A DNA stretch of 64,000 bases from Macrostomum lignano (lineage: Eukaryota), in assembly GCA_002269645.1 (NCBI GenBank), contig NIVC01002778.1:1-64000 (forward strand). The letters run 5' to 3'. Shown here piece after piece: positions 54,345-64,000 of the stretch. A model generated the notes under the pieces. It had not been told where the DNA came from. It saw only the letters and a list, made by a program, of their open reading frames with translations, and searched no databases. The stretch's first letter is position 1, and the number at the start of each line of letters is the position of its first letter. The translations under genes were made by a program, and so were the position numbers.

Positions 54345-54405
54345 TTAGGGTTAGGTTAGGGTTAGGGTTAGGCTAGGGTTAGGGTTAGGCTAGGGTTAGG
54401 GTTAG
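54345..54405 (+). repeat. Interstitial telomere-like repeat (TTAGGG with TTAGG/CTAGGG variants)
   Basis: TTAGGGTTAGGTTAGGGTTAGGGTTAGGCTAGGGTTAGGGTTAGGCTAGGGTTAGGGTTAG. Confidence 0.9.
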
Positions 54406-55224
54406 AAGGTTGACAGATATTTTTAGATTTCCAAGGCTTATTGGGGGCATTGCTGAGATGTCAATGGGGGAAGTTGATATGTTAAAGCTTGTGGGGGGGA
54501 GTTATTGACATGTCAAGGCTTACAAGGTTTGACAGGAGATTTTTTTAGATTTCAAGGAAATATGTAGCTTATTAAAAAACGTGTATTGCATTTCTTTGGC
54601 TCCCCAACGGGGGGCGTAGATTGCTAGTACATCCTATATACTAAAAATGAGTTGTCTGTGGGTAGGTATGCGATAGATTTCAGAAAAATTGGCTCAACCG
54701 ATTTTCTTCAAACTTGCACCATTCGATCAGAAATTTTCCTGGGACGGTACATGCATCTTGGCTAAGAAATTGCTCAATGTTAAAGGGATTAAATATTCGA
54801 AAAACCTGCTTTTTTGCAAAGGTCAAGCAAAATTTTCGACTTGAAATGCATTGTAAGAATGCTAGAGAAAAAACTGACTGGCTGAATTCCGATTGTGATA
54901 AAGATTGCATCACAACAAGTTGAAAACAGTGTCAAAGAAATGCACACACGACTTGAATGAAATTGTGTAACCATATTGGCAACTTAAATTGAGACTGATT
55001 CTGGCTGACTGAGAAATTGATTATGTCATAACTTTTTACTCCAATTGACTTGCTGTAAGAATTGAATTATAAGGGCCACAATTTATGTTCTCCAATTGAA
55101 AAAGATAGCCCAGATGCGAACAGACTGGAATGCTAATGTAGCGACTTGGGTTCGAATCTTAGTAGGGCAAAAAAGATTTTTTTTTATTAAAACACCTTAA
55201 AAACACAAAACTTCTAAACATAAA

Positions 55225-57640
55225 AGAAGCGCAATGTCAAACATAGAAGAGCCACCATGTCGAACATAAAAGAGCTAACATATCGAATATTAAAGAGCCA
55301 CCATGTCAAACCTAAACGAGCCACCATGTCTAATATTTAAGAGGCACCATATAAAACATATAAGTGACTTTATGTCAAACATAAAAGAGCCACCATTTCT
55401 AACATTAAACAGCCACCATTTCGAACATTAAAGAGCCACCATGTCGAAAATAAAAGAGTCACTATTTCGAACATCAAAGAGCCACTATGTCAAACATTTA
55501 GGAGCCACTTTTTCGAACATTAAAGAGCCACCATGTCAAACATAAAAGAGCCAACATGTCAAACATAAAAGAGCCAACATGTCAAACATAAAGAGCCACC
55601 ATGTCAAACATTTAAGAGCCACCATGTCAAACATATATGTGACTTTGTGTTAAACATTAAAGAGCCACCATTTCGAACATTAAAGAGCCACCATGTCAAA
55701 CATGAAAGAGCTATAACATGAAGAATATTAAAGAGCCACCATGTCGAACATAAAAGAGCTGCCATGTAAAATAACAAAGAGCTACCAAGTTAAACATAAA
55801 AGAGCCACCATGTAAAACATTAAAGAGCCACCATGTTAAACATTTAAGAGCCTTCGTGTCAAACCTAGAAGAGCCACCATGTCGAACATAACAGAGCTAC
55901 CATGTCAAACATTAAAGAGCCACCATGTCAAACATTCAAAAGCCACATTGTCAAACATTGAAGAGCCACTATGTCAAACATTTAGGAGCCACTTTGTCGA
56001 ACATTAAAGAGCCAACATGTCAGACATTAAAAAAGCCACCGTATCAAATAAAAAGAGTTAACATGTAGAACAAAAAAGAGCCACCATTTCGAACATAAAA
56101 GAGCCAACATGTCAAACATAAAGAGCCACCATGTCAAACATTTAAGAGCCACCATGTCAAACATATATGTGACTTTATGTCAAACATTAAAGAGCCACCA
56201 TTTCGGACATAACAGAGCTACCATGTCAAACATTAAAGAGCCACCATGTCGAACAAAAAAGAGCAACCATGTAAAACATTAAAGAGCCACCATGTCAAAC
56301 ATTAAAGAGCCACCATGTCGACCATAAAAGAGCCACTATTTCGAACATTAAATATCCACCATGTCAAACATAAAAGAGCCAACATGTCAAACATAAAAGA
56401 GCCAACATGTCAAACATAAAGAGCCACCATGTCGAAAATGAAAGAGCCACTATTTCGAACATTAAAGAGCCACCATTTCGAACATTAAAGAGCCACCATG
56501 TCGACCATAAAAGAGCCACCATGTCAAACATGAAAGAGCTATGACATGAAGAATATTAAAGAGCCACCATGTCGAACATTAAAGAGCCACCATGTCGAAC
56601 ATTTAAGAGCCACCATGTTAAACCTAAAAGAGCCACCATGTTAAACCTAAAAGAGCCACCATGTTAAACCTAAAAGAGCCACCATGTTAAACCTAAAAGA
56701 GCCACCATGTTAAACCTAAAAGAGCCACCATGTTAAACCTAAAAGAGCCACCATGTTAAACCTAAAAGAGCCATCATGTCAAACCTAAAAGAGCCACCAT
56801 GTCGAACACTTAAGAGCCACAATGTAAAATATTAAAGAGCCACCATTTCGAACATATAAGTGACTTTATGTCAAACATTAAAGAGCCACCATGTCAAACA
56901 TTAAAGAGCCACCATGTAAAACAAAAGAGCCACCATTTCGAACATTAAAGAGCCACCATGTCAAACATTTAAGAGCCACCATGTTAAACATAAAAGAGCC
57001 ACCATGCAGAATATTAAAGAGCCACTATGTTGAACATTAAACAGCCATCATGTCAAACCTAAAAGATCCACAATTTCGAACACTTAAGAGCCACAATGTA
57101 GAATATTAAAGAGCTACCATGTCAAACATTTAAGAGCCACCATGTCAAACATTTAAGAGCCACCATGTAAAACATTAAAGAGCCACCATTTGAAACATTA
57201 AAGAGTCACCATGTCAAACATTTAAGAGCCACCATGTCAAACCTAAAAGAGCCACCATGTCGAACATAAAAGAGCTATACCATGAAAAACATTAAAGAGC
57301 CACTTTCTCGAACATTAAGGAGCCACCATGTCAAACATTTAAAAGCCACCTTGTCAAACATTAAATAGCCACTTTGTCGAACATTAAAGAGTCACTGTGT
57401 CAAACATAAAAGAGCCACTGTTTCAAACATAAAAGAGCCACCAGGTTAAACATTAAAGAGCCACCATGTCAAACAATAAAGAGGCACCATGTCAAACATA
57501 AAAGAGCCACCATGTAAAACATAAAAGAGCCACCATGTCTGACATTAAAAAGCCATCGTTTCAAACATAAAACAGTTGCCATGTAGAACTTAAAACAGCC
57601 ACCATGTCAAACATAAAATTTACACAATTTCAAACATAAA
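55225..57640. repeat. Degenerate ~23-bp array (AAACATTAAAGAGCCACCATGTC)
   Basis: About 100 variable tandem units. Confidence 0.93.
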
Positions 57641-57699
57641 AGTAAGCGAATTTTAAAGGAGCCACTATAATGCTAAGGAAATTATCGCACTAGCTACTT

Positions 57700-57995
57700 A
57701 TTGTCTGGTGGATGCTTGCTATTTGGGGATGCTATCTATGTAGGGGATGCTTGCTATCTGGCGGATGCTTGCTATCTGGGGGATGCTTGCTATCTGGGGG
57801 ATGCTTGCTATCTGGGGGTTGCTTGTAATCTGGAAGATGCCTGCTATCTGGCGGATGCTTGCTATCTGGGGGATGCTTGCTATCTGGGGGATGCTTGCTA
57901 TCTGGGGGATGCTTGCTATCTGGGGGATGCTTGCTATCTGGGGGTTGCTTGTAATCTGGAAGATGCTTGCTATCTGGGGGATGCTTGCTGTCTTG
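57700..57995. repeat. 18-bp minisatellite (GGGGATGCTTGCTATCTG) near the 3' end of Helitron B
   Basis: About 16 units. Confidence 0.93.
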
Positions 57996-58177
57996 GGATG
58001 ATTTCTTTTTGCATTGCACTTCCTTTGAGTATTTTGTCTGTTTTTTTTTGTGAAGGCCTTTTTTGGCTATCTTTTTGTTACTTGTAGAGAACAGAGGTTC
58101 TATACAGATGTCCCCCAACGGGGTGCGAAGATTGCTAGTCTAAACTAATTGAGAAGTCTATATACAATTTTCCGCAG

Positions 58178-58497
58178 CCTCGAGCCCAGCAGCCTCAAAA
58201 CTGTCGACTGTGAGCTCGCCCACCGAGAACCCGGCACAGACACTGCCACCATGGGCTGCTGTAGTATTGGTGGCACTGTCTCTGCTGCTGCTGCTGGCTG
58301 GATGCGGCATCGCAGCTGCACTGCGCCCTGCGGTGTGTCGCAGGATGCTCGCATGCGACAGCAAAGCCGACGCTTCGGAGGCTGCAGTGGCGCCCGTCAG
58401 TGAGCCGGAAGCTCGGGAGCTGCTGGTGAGGCCGAAGAGCACCACCAGCCCCCAGATGCCGATAGTGGAGACTCAGCCTCGTGTTTCTGTCGTATAA
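58178..58497 (+). CDS. Single-CRD TNFR-like paralog 2, exon 2 (stalk, TM, cytoplasmic tail)
   Basis: Acceptor TTTTCCGCAG is phase-compatible with the 43009 donor; TM WAAVVLVALSLLLLLAGCGIAAAL; tail ends ...PQMPIVETQPRVSVV. Confidence 0.7.
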
Positions 58498-58811
58498 AAA
58501 CATTGCTGTGGAGGGTTTGATCTCCATGCTGGGCTCTCCACAGCTGGAATGTCAAATTAATGAGCTCGCTTTCCAAAATCCCGAATTATGTTACTGGTGT
58601 ATATAAGGCCAGCATTCCCTTTCTGATTTGCACGGTCTTTCACCTCTAGCAAAATTATTTATTGTAAGTTCTGAATTGTCCAAGTGTACAGAATCTAAAA
58701 ATAGCAAGATTGCTAATGTCTATTTTTTGATTCCGTCCGTTCATTCCATGGTTTTTCCGTAGATTCCCCTTATTCATTCTTCTGTATCTGTACCCCGCCC
58801 GGCTCAATGTC

Positions 58812-60062
58812 GCCCCGTCGAACTTTTCACCCGGAATTATTTCCGGAATTTTGTGATCCGGGCCCGATTTTTAATTTATTTCCGGGTGAACGCCCGGATC
58901 AGCTTTTTTGGCCCGGAACAGCCCCTTTTTCCGGAAAAAGATCCGGAAATATGATCCGGTAAAAATTTCGGGAAAAGGAAAGCTGTTCCGGTTGGATTTT
59001 CCGGAATTTTTCACCCGGAACACTATGGAATTCTGGGTGTACACCCGAATTTCAGTAGTGTTCCGGGTGAAAATGTTCCGGTGAGATTTCGGGACTTCAG
59101 TCGGAATTCTCCAGTGATCCGGACCAAATGATCCGGAAAATTCACCTGGATCAGCTCCCTTGACCCGAATTTCAGCCAAATTCCGGGCAAAGCTGATCCG
59201 GGAAAATTTCGGGACTTGAGTCGGAATCAATCCGGCATCCATTATACAAGCACCATGGGGATTTTGAGAGGAAGCCTCCGATGGAAAACCGCTGAATACA
59301 GACCCCAGCAAATGGCTATCCCATCAGGCAATCCCTGGCATCCATTTGGTCAACGGCGCTAATTCCTCTTGGAAAGCGAGGGGTAATAAAGCCTCGAGTA
59401 GCCAATGTCGCGATAAGGTATATAAAACCGTATACGGCTTCAAAAAAAGTTAATGGTAGCATCGAAGTCCAGCTGCCCATCCGAGTGACATTCAGAAGGT
59501 CAGCATTTTTTGTTTCTGAAAGTACGTAGAAGTGCATAGAAATATACGATTTACAGTTGTGCACAACTGAATTCAGTATTTCTGTTCGTGGACGGCTAAA
59601 TCGAATTCGATTCAATTCGTAGTCGTGGAAAATGTATGGAACAATGACCCGTTCTTTATTTAATTTTCTGTTACTGTGATAAGCCCAAGATTTGGCTGCA
59701 AATCCGGTTCAATCATCCAGAATTCACCTGGATTCGTGTGCTGATCCGGTTCACTCGCCCGGAATTCGCCCGGATTTGTGTGCTGATCCGGTTCAATCTC
59801 CCGGAATTCGCCCGGATTTGTGTGCTGATCCGGTTCACTCGCCCGGAATTCGCTCGGAACTGTCACGGGAATTTTTTTATTGATCCGGGTCAATTTTCTG
59901 GAATTTTTCTTTTTGATCCGGAAAATTCGCCCGGATTCTGTAAACTTTCGTTACAGATCCGGAATTTCCACCCGGATCGGATTGCATTACTGGAATATGA
60001 AAAAATTCCGGGTGAACGCAAAAAATTCCGGGCGAAATTCCGGGTGAAAAGTTCGACGGGGC
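58812..60062. mobile_element. Non-autonomous TIR element with dense CCGG-containing sub-terminal repeats
   Basis: GCCCCGTCGAACTTTTCACCCGGAATT at the left is the reverse complement of AATTCCGGGTGAAAAGTTCGACGGGGC at the right. Many TTCCGG/ATCCGG motifs in both arms; no TSD discerned. Confidence 0.75.
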
Positions 60063-60107
60063 AGCGCATTTTTGACAAATCTGCCTGAAAGCAATGCGCA
60101 AGACAAT

Positions 60108-61295
60108 ATGAAGCACTTCGTGCTGCACTTGGCTGTGGCTCTGACGGTCCTCCTTGCCGCGGACTGCACTCCCGTCAGCGACTGCCAGCCTGGAGAATAC
60201 CCTGACACCAACTCAGGGCTTTGCCTTGCCTGTCCAGGTCCCACGTCCGCTCTGTCGCGTTCTTAAAGTCGTTTTCTCTGGCGCACCCAGAATGTGCGAA
60301 CCCGTCAGGCCGCGCGACTACCGTCTCGGGTGAGGTCGCCATTCTTTAATGACGAATTTTCTGTATAAACTTGATTAGATGTCAGGAGTAGTGCAAAGCC
60401 GAAAGCAGATATTAAAGTCCCTCTTCTGAAAGCAAGAACAACCACTCTAAAATTTAAGAGGCCCAGATCCAGACAATTCTAAGAAGACTTTTCTGATTAT
60501 CTTGATTAATTTCCGTGCATCAGAGATAAAGCATTTCTAGCTCACGGTTCCATGTTGGCATGGAAATTCCATGGAATTTCCGTGAAATAGTTGTGTCCCT
60601 GAGCCGCAAGGCCCAATTCTGCTTAATCGTCAGCGTACTTTAGCGAAGTTTAAAGTAGTCTAAATCATTATAATAAGAGAATTCCAATTAAAATTCAGAT
60701 TTAAAAAATAGTTCCATATTTCAAAGGAAAACCCGTGGAAATTACCCACACCTGCACGAGCTATTTATAGAAACAAAAAGAAATTCAAAGTGCAGCCTAA
60801 CTAACTTCCATCTAGAAAGCTGTCTTTTATTCATTTTTTGACAGACCAACCTGATGGCAAGGTGATACCAAATCAGCTGAGCGAAATCAGTGGCCACGAA
60901 GATTCGCAACGACCGATGCAGACCGGACCCGGCTGAGTTCTGCAGACGCTTTTTTGGACAACAACAGAACTGACAGAGCGCCAGAGAAGACTGCAGATCG
61001 CAACAACGATGCTCAAATGCTGGAAGTCAAGCTGACTGATAGAAACTACTGGTTGATGCCACTGCTCTGCGTCCTGCTCGCTTCGGCTGCGATTGCTGGC
61101 ACCTGCTGCTGCAACTTCTGCCCCAGATGCTCTGGACTCGCGTCCTGCTTGAAGCGCGGCAACTTGCAGCTGGTCGGCACCAGGACAGACCGGACTGACT
61201 CTGCTCTACTAGCCAATGGCGAGCTGCAGGGCGCTACTGTCATGGACACTCCAAGAACGCTAATGTGGGAGGCCAGCAGCGCCAGTCCTGCATAG
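60108..61295 (+). pseudogene. Single-CRD TNFR-like paralog 3, frameshifted; exon 1 60108-60329, exon 2 from 60845 or 60946 to 61295
   Basis: MKHFVLHLAVALTVLLAADCTPVSDCQPGEYPDTNSGLCLACP, then a 1-nt deletion before FLKSFSLAHPECANP (cf. YLKSFASVHPECPY); phase-1 donor; TM WLMPLLCVLLASAAIAGTCCC. Could be a sequencing error. Confidence 0.65.
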
Positions 61296-62570
61296 CAGCG
61301 GCGGGTCCCACCCAAGTTCGTCAGCTGCCGACGGGCCCAACTTCAACACAATGCAATGCAGTTCGAAAATAAGAACTTACGTAATAAGAAGAGAATGTTA
61401 AACTTAATTGTAACAATTGACCCGCTGTTTCACCTGATAGATGATTGGTCAGTCAGAGCTTTCGACCTGTGACTGTACGGTCAGCCTCTGTAGATTAGCA
61501 AGTCTATTCCAACTAAGTATACTTTACCTAAGTACATGAATTTTTGCAACATAAAAAAATTTTGCGATCATTTTTTATTTTGAAGAGATGAAACGGAAGT
61601 CCTCAGCCGAATGTGACCGACCTATTTCTGTTAAATTTATTTATTTGTGGGAGCAGTATAATCAGTACGAATGAATTTTTTAAAAAATATCACTTTGAAC
61701 ATTCTGGAATAAATGAACGCACAAGAAACTGTGTGCTCGACAAAATTGTATAATTTGTTATTACTTTAAAAATATTAAAAAATTTCTAAGAAAGCCTCTA
61801 AACACGCGCTTTGGTGTACAATAATAAATGGGGGTATTATGGATTCAAAGTGGTACGAGAAGGAACCAAATGAAGCTTTGCAAAAATCAAAATAATCATG
61901 CAGGTAATTAAAAGACAAGCTGCGATCCGCAAAAAAATCTGTTGCTTATTTTCTAACCACTGAATACGAGTATTGTATAAAGCTTGATTAATATATATTT
62001 ATTGGATTAATTAGAGACAGCTATCAAAGTTATATTTTATGACTAAAAAAAAAAAAAAGACGCTGATTCGGAAAAACTCAACTTGCGGTGCATGTAAATC
62101 TGTTTAGTGCAAAGTTAAATAGGTTTCCAATATCGCAAACTAACGAAAGCACCCTTAACTCCATCACTAATTTTTACTTTAGACTACTTAAGTACAGTAT
62201 GTGGCCATGCACTTTAGTGAATGTACTTAATTTATCTCAGCCTAAACACTTGAATGGAGCCCCGAAGTTCAGCTTGGGACCGACTGAAATCGATAAGTCA
62301 ACCATAAAATCCCGATCTCATCGTCATTTTATCCCCTGGGAGGCTGTGGGAGCCCTGGAATGGACCTGGATGAGATGCCTCAATGCTTCTGCCCGAACCC
62401 TTTGTTCCAACTCCTTGCCCGACCCCTGGGCTGCTGCTTTTGCATTGCACAGGCGGATATGCAGGGTCAGCGACGTAAAGCCTACCAGCATGCAAACAAA
62501 GATAAAAGGACAGACAATAGTCTTATTGCCATCCTCTCGCAATGGCTTAAAAATCAGTCTAAAAATTAAT

Positions 62571-63980
62571 TTACCCATTGGTTTCAAGTTCGCCATTTTC
62601 AATATCAGTGAAATGGATCAGCACGGCGTCAGGTCCCGCTTCACCGTCCGACTCACCTCCGGCTATACAGTTCCGTGCAGTCTCCACTCTCAGATGATGC
62701 TTCTTAAAGTCCTGAATGCTCATGATCGAGTGAAACCTGTAGAAAACCTTCAGCGGCATGAGCATTAGAGACAAACTGTCGTGTTTGTCTTCTTCTCTTT
62801 GAAAAAATAACAGAAAGCAGAGGGCGCTTAGGACCCACTCGGAAAAGTTGAGCAGAATCAGAAAGTTCAGCATGGCAATGACAAAATTCCGTAGACGGTG
62901 GCGTTGCGCTTCTTCAGGTTGGGTCCCGCTTGAAAAGCATCGGCCTAAAAACCTTTTCAACGCCTCGTGCAGTTTGTTGTCCAGCGTGAACGAGCCAACG
63001 AGCATCAGCTCCAGGAACACCGCTTGCAAAACTGACTGAAAGGCGCCGAAAAAGTTTTCAGAGAGCTCAATCCTCACCTCCGTGTGATTTGACGCAAAAT
63101 CAACTGGCAGTTCATTTTCAATTTGATTAACATTTTTCCAAATATTATGAGCGTTGTTGCCTACAATAGCGATGACGCCAAGCCACAGAAGCAGCCGGTC
63201 GACCAGATTGTCGGAGCCGATGCGTCGGTTCTTATCGACTCGAAAATAGCAGAAAAGCACGGCGAGAACCAGCTTAGAAACTGATTGCAACACCATTTGC
63301 AGCGAGAAGAACAGAATTCTGAGGACTGGATTATTTTCGTCGAAGTGGACGAATGCAACGACGGCTAGAGAAGCCACCACAGTCAGAACGCCAAACAAGA
63401 TCACCCATGAGTGCTTTCTGATCGAACCGAATTCGGACAGCGACTGCGCCTGATCTTCGTGACTGCCGCCTTGCGCGCCTCCACTCCGCAGCATGATGCG
63501 CCTGACTCTGCGAACGATTTCTTGCGAGTCAAGGAGCCCCGAGCGGACCTGACTGTGCAGGAATTCCCCCAGCCTGCCCATGTTGGACATCAGCATGTAG
63601 GCCATTATAGATGACATGACGCAGTATTCTATTTCGAAGGGGTACAAGAAATTCATGATTTTGTCTATATTTTTATCGTAGCAATAGGTGCCATTAGCGA
63701 TTGCTTTGTCCGGTCTGCCGATATCCTGCAGCTCAAAGCCCACTGTGGTGAACCACACGCCAATATTCACTGCCATCACAATAGAGAGAAGCAGCCAGGA
63801 CCTGCCAAGCCTGAGCTGAATGGACGCTTTGCAGTACTTTAGAAAGAAGCGCGTTTGCAGCACAGTAAAGACGAATAAAAACGCGTGTCTAATGACCATG
63901 ACAATGCCGTGTGGAGTGTAGTCCAGTCCTGACGAATCCACGAATCGGATTTCCATTGCACCGCAGACGATTCCCAGCAC
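62571..63980 (-). CDS. Otopetrin-family proton channel, long terminal coding exon (gene starts beyond the window)
   Basis: Multi-TM protein with otopetrin motifs FLYPFEIEY, LDRLLL-like LVDRLLLWLG, LNFLILLNFSEW and PLKVFYRFHS; acceptor TTTTAAAG at 63981-63988. Confidence 0.88.
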   Translation of the reverse strand: MLGIVCGAMEIRFVDSSGLDYTPHGIVMVIRHAFLFVFTVLQTRFFLKYCKASIQLRLGRSWLLLSIVMAVNIGVWFTTVGFELQDIGRPDKAIANGTYCYDKNIDKIMNFLYPFEIEYCVMSSIMAYMLMSNMGRLGEFLHSQVRSGLLDSQEIVRRVRRIMLRSGGAQGGSHEDQAQSLSEFGSIRKHSWVILFGVLTVVASLAVVAFVHFDENNPVLRILFFSLQMVLQSVSKLVLAVLFCYFRVDKNRRIGSDNLVDRLLLWLGVIAIVGNNAHNIWKNVNQIENELPVDFASNHTEVRIELSENFFGAFQSVLQAVFLELMLVGSFTLDNKLHEALKRFLGRCFSSGTQPEEAQRHRLRNFVIAMLNFLILLNFSEWVLSALCFLLFFQREEDKHDSLSLMLMPLKVFYRFHSIMSIQDFKKHHLRVETARNCIAGGESDGEAGPDAVLIHFTDIENGELETNG

Positions 63981-64000
63981 CTTTAAAACGAGGTTTAGAA

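Larger units (their letters stand above)
44540..54627 (+). mobile_element. Non-autonomous Helitron-like element A containing an ~8.7-kb satellite
   Basis: 5' A|TCCTATATACTAAAAATG, a (TA)n microsatellite, CCGATTTTGTTCGAACTTGCAC; 3' hairpin CCCCAACGGGG then TTGCTAG|T; no TSD. Confidence 0.7.
54632..58138 (+). mobile_element. Non-autonomous Helitron-like element B, homologous to A, with a diverged 23-bp array
   Basis: Same 5' A|TCCTATATACTAAAAATG and ~550 bp clearly homologous to A; 3' CCCCCAACGGGGTGCGAAGATTGCTAG|T. Confidence 0.72.

Noticed and set aside
62088-62768. 226-aa plus-strand ORF
   Set aside because: Antisense to the otopetrin 3' end and UTR; no recognisable features.

Overview
Eukaryotic, intron-rich invertebrate genomic DNA with GC-rich exons and AT-rich introns full of minisatellites. 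The style resembles a free-living flatworm such as Macrostomum, but that is inference only. Recognisable genes are an IAP-like RING E3 (minus strand), adenosylhomocysteinase (AHCY), a PH+RhoGAP gene of the ARHGAP9/12/15/27 type, LRR1, and the last exon of an otopetrin. The main finding is a cluster of three paralogous two-exon genes (39810-61295) for small type I membrane proteins with one TNFR-like (BCMA/TACI/Fn14-like A1-module) cysteine-rich domain. The third copy is frameshifted. The second has a 15-kb intron holding two head-to-tail non-autonomous Helitron-like elements, each with its own amplified ~22-23-bp satellite. The IAP-like gene has a degenerate BIR and a putative promoter with clustered NF-kB consensus sites. 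Most long ORFs in the supplied track are artefacts of tandem repeats or antisense reading of GC-rich exons. All gene models were built by eye from splice signals and reading-frame phase; no database search was run.
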